53,147 bases of DNA from a virus (taxonomy: Duplodnaviria > Caudoviricetes): positions 1 to 53,147 of IMG/VR virus record IMGVR_UViG_3300006793_000044, one strand, 5' to 3'. Under the pieces are notes generated by a model. It made no database searches and was not told the origin of the DNA. It was given only the letters and a program-made list of their open reading frames with translations. Shown one piece after another: positions 35,728-46,122 of this stretch. Position 1 is the first letter of the stretch. Every line of letters begins with the position of its first letter. The translations under genes were made by a program, and so were the position numbers.

Positions 35728-37639
35728 TCCCGACTTCCCGCCAAAACGGCGAGCAAATAAAAGCGCTAGGATAGCGTTTGGCTACATGCCCTCAGAGGAT
35801 GACCCGTGCGTACTCGTACCCAATCCTGAGTTTGTGCCGTACATAAAAGAAGCATTGGATTTCATAGACGCTAAGGGCTCTCTGCGAGAGACCGCTGCCT
35901 ACCTTTCAGAGAAAACTGGTCAGAAGATTAGTCACCAAGGCATTAACCTAATCTGGAAAGACCGCCGGGGAACTGACCCTAAAAACGCTCGCGAAAAGTC
36001 CCAGCGCAAACAGCGCAAAAAGTATGCTCCTAAAACTGGTCCTGAGAAGGCCAAAGCTAAAGTTAAACGTAAGGCTGCAGATGCAAAGCGCGTTCTGGCC
36101 ATGCAAGAGAAGAAGCTCGCTAACTGGGTAGACTACAAAAAAAAAGAGTCCCCAGAGGATGTCGCTCAGCCGATACACAGCGAGCTCCCCGCGCCTCCAC
36201 CGCTTTCGGACACATTAGATTTCGAGGCGGCTCCAAGTGAGCGTGAGGTGGTTTTTACACCTAATGCGGGTCCACAAACAGAGTTCCTCGCAGCTATGGA
36301 ACGCGAGGTTCTCTATGGAGGAAGCGCCGGGGGAGGTAAGAGCTACGGGCTGCTTGCAGACCCCTTAAGGTACTTCGGAAACAAAAACTTTAGTGGCCTT
36401 ATTCTTCGCCGCACCAATGACGAGCTAAGAGAACTTATATACAAATCTCAAGAGCTTTATCCCCTTGCATACCCCGGGGCTAAATGGATGGAGAAAAAGT
36501 CCCAATGGGTATTTCCTAGTGGGGCTAAACTGTGGATGACCTACCTCGAGCGGGACGATGATGTTCTGCGTTACCAAGGTCAGGCTTTTAGCTACATAGC
36601 TTTCGATGAGCTCACGCAGCATCCTAGTCCATATGTATTTAATTATATGCGCTCTCGATTACGGACTACGGATCCTGATTTACCCATATTCATACGCGCC
36701 ACAACTAACCCGGGTGGCCCCGGACATGGGTGGGTTAAGCGGATGTTTATTGATCCTGCTCCCGCAAATAAACCTTTTATTGCGACTGACATAGAAACTG
36801 GCAAGGATCTAATTTATCCGCCCAATCATGAGAAGGCAGGACAGCCGCTTTTCTACCGACGATTTATCCCGGCAAGTTTGCAAGACAATCCGTATTTAGT
36901 TGAAGGCGGACAATATGAAGCCAACCTATTATCTCTGCCAGAGAACCAGCGCAGACAACTTCTTGAAGGAGATTGGGGAGTTGCTGATGGAGCTGCTTTC
37001 CCAGAGTTTAGGCAGAATATTCACGTTGTGGAGCCGTTTGATATCCCCCACGATTGGCGCAGATTTAGGTCATGTGATTACGGCTACTCTAGTTTCAGCG
37101 CAGTTCATTGGTTTGCGATAGATCCATCCTTTGAGACGCTGATAGTTTACCGAGAGTTATACCTCTCCAAGCACACTGGCAAAGACTTAGCTATAGCTGT
37201 GATGGACGCCGAGTATGGCGAGAAGATGGCCTACGGTATTCTGGATAGTTCTTGTTGGCACAATCGCGGACAGATTGGCCCATCAATAGCTGAAGAAATG
37301 ATTTCTATAGGCTGCAGATGGAGACCCAGTGACCGCACCGCTGGCGCTCGGGTCGCTGGCAAGAACCGCTTTCACGAAGTGCTAAAAGTAGACCCCGACA
37401 CAGAAATGCCCGGTATCGTGTTCTTTGATAATTGCAGACAGATTATTGCAGACTTACCCGTAATTCCTTCTTGCCCAAAGGGCAGTGATGACATCGATGC
37501 AAGGTACAGATCAGACCACACCTACGACAGTGTTCGCTACGGCATTATGAGCCGACCTAGATCTCTAAGTCCTTTCGATATGGGCCGAGGAGTACCGAAG
37601 CCTGTCTACAGACCTTCAGACGCAGTATTTGGATATTAA
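35720..37639 (+). CDS. terL: Terminase large subunit with N-terminal HTH-like extension
   Basis: YGGSAGGGKS, FDEL, TTNPGG.GH, DYG, DHTYDSVRY. Confidence 0.95.
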   Translation: MSDPDFPPKRRANKSARIAFGYMPSEDDPCVLVPNPEFVPYIKEALDFIDAKGSLRETAAYLSEKTGQKISHQGINLIWKDRRGTDPKNAREKSQRKQRKKYAPKTGPEKAKAKVKRKAADAKRVLAMQEKKLANWVDYKKKESPEDVAQPIHSELPAPPPLSDTLDFEAAPSEREVVFTPNAGPQTEFLAAMEREVLYGGSAGGGKSYGLLADPLRYFGNKNFSGLILRRTNDELRELIYKSQELYPLAYPGAKWMEKKSQWVFPSGAKLWMTYLERDDDVLRYQGQAFSYIAFDELTQHPSPYVFNYMRSRLRTTDPDLPIFIRATTNPGGPGHGWVKRMFIDPAPANKPFIATDIETGKDLIYPPNHEKAGQPLFYRRFIPASLQDNPYLVEGGQYEANLLSLPENQRRQLLEGDWGVADGAAFPEFRQNIHVVEPFDIPHDWRRFRSCDYGYSSFSAVHWFAIDPSFETLIVYRELYLSKHTGKDLAIAVMDAEYGEKMAYGILDSSCWHNRGQIGPSIAEEMISIGCRWRPSDRTAGARVAGKNRFHEVLKVDPDTEMPGIVFFDNCRQIIADLPVIPSCPKGSDDIDARYRSDHTYDSVRYGIMSRPRSLSPFDMGRGVPKPVYRPSDAVFGY

Positions 37640-37640
37640 T

Positions 37641-39791
37641 ATGGCCCTTATGGACAAACCCACAGCTACCCCAAGCGATGATCAGGTCGATACAGATCAG
37701 GTGGTATCCTTGGATGAAGACGGTAATCCTGAGATAGAAAACCAAGAATACCGTGGGTTAATATCCTATATAGGTTCTGCTTACAAAGACGCTAAAGATC
37801 ACCGTAGAATGGATGAAGAGCGTTGGACGCTTGGCTACCAAAACTATCGTGGGATCTATAGCTCAGATGTGCAGTTCACCGACACTGAGAAATCTAAAGC
37901 GTTTGTTAAGATTACAAAGACTAAAGTACTTGCTGCGTATGCCCAAGTTGTAGATGTTTTGTTTGCTGGAGCTCGCTTTCCTATTGGAGTGCAAGCTCGC
38001 AAAAACCCAAACAACGTAGCAGATGCTGTTTCTATAAATCCTGGGAGGGTGACTGAGGAACAGATCAAAGACACAGTCGGCGTAGATTACAAAATACCCG
38101 GCACAATTGCTCGCCCAGATATAGCTAAAGATCTTGGCGTCTACAAAGATGCGCTGGGCCCACATGAGGAAGAGCTAGAAGCTGGCCCCGGGACAGCTCC
38201 CGGTTCCATTACTTATGAGCCAGCTAAGAGAGCTGCACAGCTTTTAGAAAAGAAGATGCACGATCAGCTTGAGGAAAGCGAAGCATCTAAACACCTACGC
38301 TCAGTAGCCTTCGAGGCTTGCTTGTTTGGTACAGGCGTTCTTAAGGGTCCGTTTTTAACAGACAAAGAGTTTCCACGCTGGGATGAGACAGGTAAGTATG
38401 ACCCACTGTTCGAAACAGTTCCTCGGGTAGAATACGTTTCTATCTGGGATTTTTATCCAGATCCCGCCAGCCGAAACATGAGCGAAGCGGAGTATGTTAT
38501 CCAGCGGCACAGGCTTAGCCGCACCCAGCTTAGAGCGCTAAAGAAACGGCCACATTTCCGCGAAGAAAGCATTGAGCTTTGCGTAGACATGGGCCCAGAT
38601 TATGTGCGCGAATATTGGGAGGATACGCTGGACGAAAGCGATTTGGATAGCCACATAGATCGTTACGAAGTTCTAGAATACTGGGGCGTCATTGATGCTG
38701 AGCTGGCAGAGCAAGCTGATATTGATATCCCTAAATCTCTTAAAGATTTAGATGAGCTGCAAGTAAACGCATGGGTCTGCAATGGGCAGATCCTACGGCT
38801 AGTTCTTAATCCGTTCACTCCTGCTCGCATCCCCTTTATGGCAGTACCCTACGAACTCAACCCGTATAGTTTCTTCGGTATCGGCGTAGCCGAAAACATG
38901 TCCGACACGCAGCTGCTTATGAATGGTTTCTATCGTATGGCGGTGGACAATGGAGCGCTTTCAGGAAACCTACTTATTGAGATTGATGAGACCAATCTAG
39001 TCCCCGGGCAAGACCTAAGCGTGTACCCCGGAAAAGTGTTTCGCAGACAGGCCGGGGCCCCGGGCCAAGCCATATTTGGCACCAAGTTTCCAAATGTATC
39101 TCAAGAGCTTATGATGATGTTTGATAAGTCTCGCCAGCTGGCTGATGAAGCTACGGGCATCCCTAGCTACAGCCACGGGGCTACAGGCATTATGGGCGTG
39201 GGTAGAACTGCCTCTGGTATGTCTATGCTTATGGGCGCTGCACAAAGCGCTATTAAGGCCGTTGTGCGTAATGTGGACGATTACCTGCTAGCACCTTTGG
39301 GCAAAAGCTTATTTGCGTTCAACATGCAATTTAACTTTGATGAAGAGTATGTGAAGGGTGATCTAGAAGTAATTGCACAGGGTACTGAAAGCCTGATGCG
39401 AAATGAGATCCGAAGCCAGAGATTGCTTCAGTTTCTACAGATGTCTGCCAATCAACAGATGGCTCCATTTGTTAACTACTCATACATTCTTAGAGAACTG
39501 GCAGCTTCAATGGATATCGATGAGGATAAGATCCTCTACGACCAACGTGAGGCGGTCATGCAAGCTAAGATGATGGCTGAGATACAAGCGCTCATGCCAG
39601 AGCAGCCCCCGGCCCCTCAAGGGCCCGAAGGCGGTCCCCCAAATCCTTCTGACCCCACAGGCACAGGCGGCGGTAATATAGCCCCCGGAGCAGCCCCAGA
39701 GCCAGAAGCAGACGGGTTCACTGGTTCTGGTGGAGGGGACAATGGGGGGCAACCTGCAGCTACCCAAGCAGCGCCCCAACAAATGATGTAA
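37641..39791 (+). CDS. Portal protein
   Basis: Follows terL; DFYPDP, FFGIGVAE, RTASGMSML motifs; Pro/Gly tail. Confidence 0.9.
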   Translation: MALMDKPTATPSDDQVDTDQVVSLDEDGNPEIENQEYRGLISYIGSAYKDAKDHRRMDEERWTLGYQNYRGIYSSDVQFTDTEKSKAFVKITKTKVLAAYAQVVDVLFAGARFPIGVQARKNPNNVADAVSINPGRVTEEQIKDTVGVDYKIPGTIARPDIAKDLGVYKDALGPHEEELEAGPGTAPGSITYEPAKRAAQLLEKKMHDQLEESEASKHLRSVAFEACLFGTGVLKGPFLTDKEFPRWDETGKYDPLFETVPRVEYVSIWDFYPDPASRNMSEAEYVIQRHRLSRTQLRALKKRPHFREESIELCVDMGPDYVREYWEDTLDESDLDSHIDRYEVLEYWGVIDAELAEQADIDIPKSLKDLDELQVNAWVCNGQILRLVLNPFTPARIPFMAVPYELNPYSFFGIGVAENMSDTQLLMNGFYRMAVDNGALSGNLLIEIDETNLVPGQDLSVYPGKVFRRQAGAPGQAIFGTKFPNVSQELMMMFDKSRQLADEATGIPSYSHGATGIMGVGRTASGMSMLMGAAQSAIKAVVRNVDDYLLAPLGKSLFAFNMQFNFDEEYVKGDLEVIAQGTESLMRNEIRSQRLLQFLQMSANQQMAPFVNYSYILRELAASMDIDEDKILYDQREAVMQAKMMAEIQALMPEQPPAPQGPEGGPPNPSDPTGTGGGNIAPGAAPEPEADGFTGSGGGDNGGQPAATQAAPQQMM

Positions 39792-39982
39792 TGTATACGT
39801 TTGTCCTAATGGTTTATCTTGGCACCTCCCGAGAGTTAATCGAGGACACAATGATTTTTACCAATATTGATCACTGCAATTATTACGCAAAAGAGATCAC
39901 TAAACGGTTTTCAACACACGCGCTGGCCCCAGAAGACAAGGTCGTTGCGTACTGTCTGCCAAAGTACAAAGAGCTCAAGTAA
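39791..39982 (+). CDS. Small hypothetical protein
   Basis: Coupled ORF; F.NID.C...AYCLP. Confidence 0.6.
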   Translation: MYTFVLMVYLGTSRELIEDTMIFTNIDHCNYYAKEITKRFSTHALAPEDKVVAYCLPKYKELK

Positions 39983-39985
39983 TCT

Positions 39986-40201
39986 ATGGATAAATCCTTC
40001 TACCGTTCCCTGCTTTTAATGGTGAACGACAAAGAGATGATGAGGATGCTGCAGGAGTACGCAGCTGCGCGTATCTCCCAATACCAGCTGCTTTTAGAAG
40101 TTGAGAAAGACCACTTTAGGGTGCTGGAGATGCAGGGCGCTATAAAAGAGCTTCGCCGAATAAAGACGCTTAGAGATGAATGTATAGCAGGGGCTAAATA
40201 A
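39986..40201 (+). CDS. Conserved post-portal protein
   Basis: QGAI..LR...LRD motif. Confidence 0.7.
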   Translation: MDKSFYRSLLLMVNDKEMMRMLQEYAAARISQYQLLLEVEKDHFRVLEMQGAIKELRRIKTLRDECIAGAK

Positions 40202-43200
40202 TGTCTGCATTAGACAGCGTATTAGGGTTTTTTCGCCAAAACGAGGATGACCTTGAGGCTACCGATCAGCCTGAGTCTCCCTCTGAATTGCAGTCAGATG
40301 GAAGCCTACGTTTTGGTGGTATGGGTGCGCCTTTTGGTTTCCTTACTTCTGAATATGATCCTGTAGCAAGCGCTAATAGTTTAGCTGGCCCTGTCTATAG
40401 CGACAGCATGACGGGTAAAAGTTATGTAGCAGAACCTGATACGGATCAGCGCACAGATAGAGAAATACTTACAGACACTGCTAAGGCAGTGTCGGGCGCA
40501 GTTATAAAAAAAGCTAACGAGCCGTGGGAGCAGCCCCAACTCCCTTCTGCAAAACAAACTTATGAGTTCGCTAAAAAAGCTGCAACAGAAACTGTAGATC
40601 TATTTGATCGATTGGCTTCTGGAGACGGTAGTCTCCTTGAAATTCTTGAGGCAGCTACGGGCGTAGGCTTGGGCGCAAAAGTAGCCCAAAAAGCATTTCC
40701 TGATCCAGAGCTAGATGGCTCTGCTTTTACCACAGGGATGTTTCTTAATGAAAACTCTAAAAACGCCGATACCGCAGCATTAGACAAAGCTAAGGCAGCT
40801 GAATCTAACGGAGTTGATCGGGAAGCAATCTACAAAGATACGGGCTGGTTTAGATTTGCTGATGAGTGGCTGTACGAAATTAGCGACAAAGACACCAACA
40901 TTAAGCTTCTACAAGAGTTTAAAAAACCGCTGGCTACGTTGGAAGAAGTTGAGGTTCCAATTGGTCTGAGTAAAGATGGCCTTGAGCTAATTCGTCTTTC
41001 AGCGCTTGCAGATATCAACGACTTAAATTTAGAGTTTATAAACGGAAATATTACCCAAGACGAATTTCAAGCTGCAGCCAAGCAAGTCAACGCTAAATAT
41101 GCAGCGGAAGCAAACGCTCCTGTAGGCACTGAGACGGTTCTTAAAGAGGTCAACTCAGAGGCCCCGGCCAAAGATAGGGGTATTTTATCTGAGGTACTTG
41201 TTAATACAGACGATCTAGCCGCTGCTTTACCGCCCGGGACAATGGATCAGACCGCCCAAATTAAAGGCAAGAGAACAGGGTATTACGGCGTAAAATACGG
41301 TGGGACACCGCCCAAAGGACTAAGCAAAGTAAATACGTTCCCGGGGGCAATAAGAGAAAAAGGCGAAAAATCTGGCCCAGAGGCGTTGGTAAAGGATCTC
41401 GGTTTTTTCAAAATTGGAAACGCCGATAAAGAACTTTTAGAGCAGCTTAACGCAGGAAAGATAAGTAAGGACCAGTTCTACGCTGATTTAACTTGGGGAA
41501 TTATGCTGCACGAAACCCAGCATTTGGTGCAGGAAGCGCTTAGCTTTAAATCTGGTCGCGGGGGAACAAAAGACGCAGCTAAAGAGGCGAGCAAAGAGCC
41601 AGCAAATAAAGCAGTAAGAGATGCTATGAAAGAGCTGGCCATGCAAGATGGCTGGAAAAAAACTAAAGCTCTACTTAAACAGTACAAGCAAAAAGGTGAC
41701 CAGAGAAATACAGGAAGCGCTTTCGTTTCCATACTCAATTTAAGAAGAAAATTAGACGCGCTTGGGCAAGACCCAAATTTAGACAAGGATCAACTTTTAG
41801 AGGAAGCAAAGAAGGCAAGAACGTCATACATTGAAAAGATCCAAGCTTCTTTCCCTTCTTTATCTGATGTGGATGCTGATGCACTTGCAACGGAGCTGGT
41901 AAATGATTCAGACGTTTTAGACAGCACTGAAGTCTTTGATCGAATAATGGTCTCTAAAGCAGGGCGCTTGTCCGACTCAACAGTAACCCCAGCAGTAGAT
42001 CGAGACAGATACCGTCTTTTTCCAAAATCGGAAAGTAAAAACCCTACAAAAGAAAATATTAGATACGCGGCATACTCTCACATAGCTGGGGAAGCTCTAG
42101 CTCGCTTGGTCACCGCTAGGCGCAATTTAAGTACAGAGCAACTTAGAGACAATTTTCCTTTAAACGACCTCGATGTAGAAGAAGGTATGATGTTCCGCGT
42201 AGGAACAGACGCATACCCCGAAGATTATTCTATCGATACCACCCCGCCCCCACGCCTTGTCGAGACACCAGAGCCCCCTGCCATCAAGCCTTCCTTAGAC
42301 GCAGAACCTGATCCACAGACAATTATAAGTGTCATGGATAAAAATTACTTTGCTACAGAAAATCTAAACGATGCAGATCTACGACTAAAGGATCCTGTTG
42401 GGTATGTTGCAGGGGACATTTTAAGGTTTATTGAATATTTTCCAAATGGAGCAACTCTTAAGGCTATCCAAGGCGAACTGATAGATGGATCTCCAGATCC
42501 CAACAGCAAAGACTTTCTTAATAAAACTCAAAAAAAGGCAAATGAAGCGTTCTATACCGACGAGCGTTTGCAAGAAGCTCTAGTTTATATAGATAATAAT
42601 GGTCTGGCCGCTATTCTCCACAACGGAAATCTTCTTGCCAATAGCACTCAAATTTTACCTACTTGGCAACGTAAAAAACCAGATGGAACAGTGCTTACAA
42701 GAGAAGATTTAAACTATCCCCCGTGGCCACCAGTGGACCCAGAAACACCTCCCACTCCAGTACCGCCAACCGTTAAACCTAACTCGGATTTCTCCTTAGA
42801 GGGTTTAGACAACCAAATTGTTGCCGCTAACTTTATACTTACCGACTTTATAGGGGAATCTACACTAGGAATCTCAACTGAACAGATGGCGCGTAGTTAT
42901 CCTGTAGCGTTCCGTGCAGCTGAAATTATGGATCACATACGCGAATACGACAATCTAGGGGTAAATGATCGGGTAGATCTAAATCAAACACTTAGTGATA
43001 TCGGTTTTGGTTACTGGAAAGATGATAACATATTAGATGAGCTTAACATTGACCCAGTTGAGCTTGATGATAACGCCATCGAGGCCCTTGTTCAGAACGG
43101 TTACATATTTGAGAATCAGATTTCTGGATACACGATAAATAAAATGATAGAGGCCCCGGATGCTGGTTCCGTTGATGATCAGATGGAAGCTGGTGCGATG

Positions 43201-44544
43201 GGCTCTGGCGTCAAAGCACCTACACAGGGCTTTAAGGGCAAGTTAAATTTAGTTCACGGGTTCATACCAGAAAACTACGATATGTTTGAAGGTCAGCAAG
43301 GCGAAGTAGCCCCGCCTAATTTTGTACCAAACGAAAGTTTTACTGGTGAAAGATACGATGCATATGGCGGTGCTTATGGTAGCGAAGGTGTGTACTTAGA
43401 AAACCCTAGTGAGCCTCTTTTCTTTAACACAAATAATATGGACGCTTCTTTCTTTGCTCCTGCTACTGCACAGGTAAGTGCTAACTTTGAAAACGCTTTT
43501 ATACTGGAGCCGCGTACTGTTTCCAGAATGGCTGAAATTACGGGTCTTGACCCAACTGACTCGCTGGCAGGGCCTGATATTGCAAAAATTCTTAAGGCTA
43601 AGGGTTATGACGGGCTTATAGTGCGTGGCTTTGAGCAAAAAAATTATTACGACCCAAATAACGAAACTACAGACGGGTTGCATGATGACCTTACTCAACC
43701 GCAAATAATTCATTTCAAGCCAGAAACTTTAAAAACCACAAAGGTTTTTTCGCAAAGCCTACAGAAAGACCCAAGCCAAGCAGACCAAATTCCTCGTAAC
43801 CCCGAAATCACGCCTTTCTCGGATTCCGTTGATGATCAAATGGAAGCTGGTGCGATGGGCTCTGGTTCCTCTGGTGGAGGGGACAGAATATATCCCCAAG
43901 GGTCTGTTTTTACGTCTAAGACATTTGACGCTATGAATTTCTCTGATGAGCAAGTGGCTGAAATGGCCCGGGTTCATAAAGGAATAAAATCGGATTTTAC
44001 AGATGCTAACCGAAACGCTGAACAAAAAAGAATAGACGAAAAAAGAGACAGGCTTATTGAGCAATACATCACGGCATTTACAAATACATTAGCCAGTAAA
44101 GGCGATAAAGTAGTAAATCTAAAATCTCTTAAATACGCCATGAAAAAAGATAACGCGCTAGGCGGTATTGAGGCTGCAGCAAGGCAAGCAGCCGACACTA
44201 ACGTAATATTAGAACGTATGGCGGGTGATATTATGGCTGAAGAAGCAATGGCTGAAAGATTTGTATCTATGCTCGACGGCCCTCTTTTTGTTGGACCAAA
44301 AATGACTGAGCGGTACAGCAGTTACCTTACTAGTGCCGATATAGACAAAGCTGATCCGTACAACCGCGAAACTGTACGGCGGCAGGTAGAAGGGGATTTT
44401 TCCCTTAATGCAGATCAAGAAGAGTTTTTTGATCGTGTATATGATGAAGGCTACAATAATGAATTACTCGAATGGGCTGCAACAGAACACGCCATTCGTA
44501 GCACGTTAAAGAAAATGCAAATCCCTACTACTGGAGACAATTGA
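40201..44544 (+). CDS. Large polyvalent protein (LPD23-like, zincin metallopeptidase, possible ART-like module)
   Basis: I..DTGWF...W.YEISD; HETQH..Q and Y....GEA.AR; late KGYDGLIV motif. Confidence 0.75.
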   Translation: MSALDSVLGFFRQNEDDLEATDQPESPSELQSDGSLRFGGMGAPFGFLTSEYDPVASANSLAGPVYSDSMTGKSYVAEPDTDQRTDREILTDTAKAVSGAVIKKANEPWEQPQLPSAKQTYEFAKKAATETVDLFDRLASGDGSLLEILEAATGVGLGAKVAQKAFPDPELDGSAFTTGMFLNENSKNADTAALDKAKAAESNGVDREAIYKDTGWFRFADEWLYEISDKDTNIKLLQEFKKPLATLEEVEVPIGLSKDGLELIRLSALADINDLNLEFINGNITQDEFQAAAKQVNAKYAAEANAPVGTETVLKEVNSEAPAKDRGILSEVLVNTDDLAAALPPGTMDQTAQIKGKRTGYYGVKYGGTPPKGLSKVNTFPGAIREKGEKSGPEALVKDLGFFKIGNADKELLEQLNAGKISKDQFYADLTWGIMLHETQHLVQEALSFKSGRGGTKDAAKEASKEPANKAVRDAMKELAMQDGWKKTKALLKQYKQKGDQRNTGSAFVSILNLRRKLDALGQDPNLDKDQLLEEAKKARTSYIEKIQASFPSLSDVDADALATELVNDSDVLDSTEVFDRIMVSKAGRLSDSTVTPAVDRDRYRLFPKSESKNPTKENIRYAAYSHIAGEALARLVTARRNLSTEQLRDNFPLNDLDVEEGMMFRVGTDAYPEDYSIDTTPPPRLVETPEPPAIKPSLDAEPDPQTIISVMDKNYFATENLNDADLRLKDPVGYVAGDILRFIEYFPNGATLKAIQGELIDGSPDPNSKDFLNKTQKKANEAFYTDERLQEALVYIDNNGLAAILHNGNLLANSTQILPTWQRKKPDGTVLTREDLNYPPWPPVDPETPPTPVPPTVKPNSDFSLEGLDNQIVAANFILTDFIGESTLGISTEQMARSYPVAFRAAEIMDHIREYDNLGVNDRVDLNQTLSDIGFGYWKDDNILDELNIDPVELDDNAIEALVQNGYIFENQISGYTINKMIEAPDAGSVDDQMEAGAMGSGVKAPTQGFKGKLNLVHGFIPENYDMFEGQQGEVAPPNFVPNESFTGERYDAYGGAYGSEGVYLENPSEPLFFNTNNMDASFFAPATAQVSANFENAFILEPRTVSRMAEITGLDPTDSLAGPDIAKILKAKGYDGLIVRGFEQKNYYDPNNETTDGLHDDLTQPQIIHFKPETLKTTKVFSQSLQKDPSQADQIPRNPEITPFSDSVDDQMEAGAMGSGSSGGGDRIYPQGSVFTSKTFDAMNFSDEQVAEMARVHKGIKSDFTDANRNAEQKRIDEKRDRLIEQYITAFTNTLASKGDKVVNLKSLKYAMKKDNALGGIEAAARQAADTNVILERMAGDIMAEEAMAERFVSMLDGPLFVGPKMTERYSSYLTSADIDKADPYNRETVRRQVEGDFSLNADQEEFFDRVYDEGYNNELLEWAATEHAIRSTLKKMQIPTTGDN
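43167..43865 (+). repeat. 42 bp in-frame direct repeats (1 mismatch) flanking a 219-codon module
   Basis: Copies at 43167-43208 and 43824-43865 both encode SVDDQMEAGAMGSG. Confidence 0.9.
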
Positions 44545-45272
44545 TGGTCAGGATGGCGCTGGGCGGTCTTGCAACCGCCCGTAGAGGCATAACAACAAAA
44601 GAGGGCGAAGATATGGCCAACAATAAAACACAATTAGATCGTAATAAAGCCGACAAGAATAAAGACGGTAAGCTAAGCAAGTACGAAGAAACTGTAGGCA
44701 TGGCTGTGCAAGACGCAATGGCTGATGACCCAGAGCAAGATGAAAAAGTGAAGATGTATCACGGTGGCATGGCCATGATGGGTGACTATGGCGAAGGCCT
44801 GATGTCCAATTATGATCCTGTATCTGGTAATCCTATCCCGCTTGGCTCAAGTGCAGAAAACGTCCGAGATGATATCGATGCCAAAATCAGCACTGACGAG
44901 TATGTGCTCCCGGCGCATGTCGTAAAATGGCACGGCCTTAAGCACATCCAAATGATGCAATCCGAGGCAGAAATGGGCCTGATGTCTATGGAGATGTCAG
45001 GGCTAATCCAAGAGGTTGAAAGTGACACGCAAGAGGAACCCGATAGCGAAGGCGTTGAGGACGCCGAAGTTTCGGATGCGGGTGGTTCAGAGCAAGAAGA
45101 AAAAGAAACGCTCGAAACACCAGAAGGAAACCAAATTGAGGTGGCAGGAGTAGAAACTACCTTAATAGAACCCGAAGTAGATGAAACCGAAGACTATAAA
45201 GAAAATAAATACGGTAAGTCTACTGGATCGTTCGGCATTAAGAAGAACCCATCAGTGGCCTTCATAATGTAA
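44541..45272 (+). CDS. Conserved head-region protein
   Basis: DPVSGN.IP.GS...VRDDIDAK.S..EYV.PA motif; acidic tail. Confidence 0.7.
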   Translation: MMVRMALGGLATARRGITTKEGEDMANNKTQLDRNKADKNKDGKLSKYEETVGMAVQDAMADDPEQDEKVKMYHGGMAMMGDYGEGLMSNYDPVSGNPIPLGSSAENVRDDIDAKISTDEYVLPAHVVKWHGLKHIQMMQSEAEMGLMSMEMSGLIQEVESDTQEEPDSEGVEDAEVSDAGGSEQEEKETLETPEGNQIEVAGVETTLIEPEVDETEDYKENKYGKSTGSFGIKKNPSVAFIM

Positions 45273-45313
45273 GCAAACGGGCTACCCGCATATGCGGCCC
45301 CCAAAGGAAAATC

Positions 45314-46090
45314 ATGGTTAAATATAGAAGAAATGACATCCAAGAGGATGATGAATTAACGTATGCTGAAGAGATGCAGAAACAGCAAGCGGTAGCGGAA
45401 ACAGGCCCGGAGCCTGTGGACGCAGAAGATGCAGCGTTTAAAAAACGCTATGGAGATTTGCGGCGGCATAGTCACCAATTGCTACAGCAAAAGGACCAAG
45501 AGCTAGCTCAGATGAAAGAGCAGCTGGACACAGCAGCCCGGGGACAAATTAAGTTTCCAAAGACTGATGAAGAGATAGACAACTGGTCAAAGCGCTATCC
45601 AGACGTTGCAAAGATTGTGGACTCAATCGCCCAGAAAAGAGCCAATGAGGCTTTAGAACTAGGCGTAAAACGCATGGAGGGTCTGCGTAAATTCGAAACA
45701 AAACTTGTCGTTAAAGAAGCTGAACAGGTTTTAATGCAAGATCACCCAGACTTTGCTGAGATCCGCCAAGACCCAGCCTTTCATGATTGGGTAGCGCTGC
45801 AGCCTCAAAACATTATCGACAGCCTGTATAAAAACAACACAGATGCTCGAGCGGCATCCCGCGCAATTGATTTGTACAAAGCCGACACTGGCGGACGTAA
45901 GAAAAATAACTCCGCTGCTCGGGCTGTAGGCAAGAGCGTTAATGTCTCGCCCTCGAGTGGAAAAGCACAGTGGAGCGAAAGCCAAATTGATAAGATGTCT
46001 AATGCTGAATTTAATAAGCATGAAGAAGACATCCTTAAAGCAATGCAAACCGGGAATTTTGTCTATGACATGTCCGGGGGCGCTCGATAG
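45314..46090 (+). CDS. Capsid scaffolding protein
   Basis: FKKRYGDLRRH, HPDF...F..W motifs; helical; upstream of capsid gene. Confidence 0.8.
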   Translation: MVKYRRNDIQEDDELTYAEEMQKQQAVAETGPEPVDAEDAAFKKRYGDLRRHSHQLLQQKDQELAQMKEQLDTAARGQIKFPKTDEEIDNWSKRYPDVAKIVDSIAQKRANEALELGVKRMEGLRKFETKLVVKEAEQVLMQDHPDFAEIRQDPAFHDWVALQPQNIIDSLYKNNTDARAASRAIDLYKADTGGRKKNNSAARAVGKSVNVSPSSGKAQWSESQIDKMSNAEFNKHEEDILKAMQTGNFVYDMSGGAR

Positions 46091-46093
46091 GTA

Positions 46094-46122
46094 TTGCTAT
46101 TAATACCAACTTATGGTATAGT
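46094..46122 (+). promoter_or_regulatory. Sigma70 promoter TTGCTA-N17-TATAGT (extended TG)
   Basis: Boxes at 46094-46099 and 46117-46122, ~220 nt upstream of capsid ATG. Confidence 0.65.
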
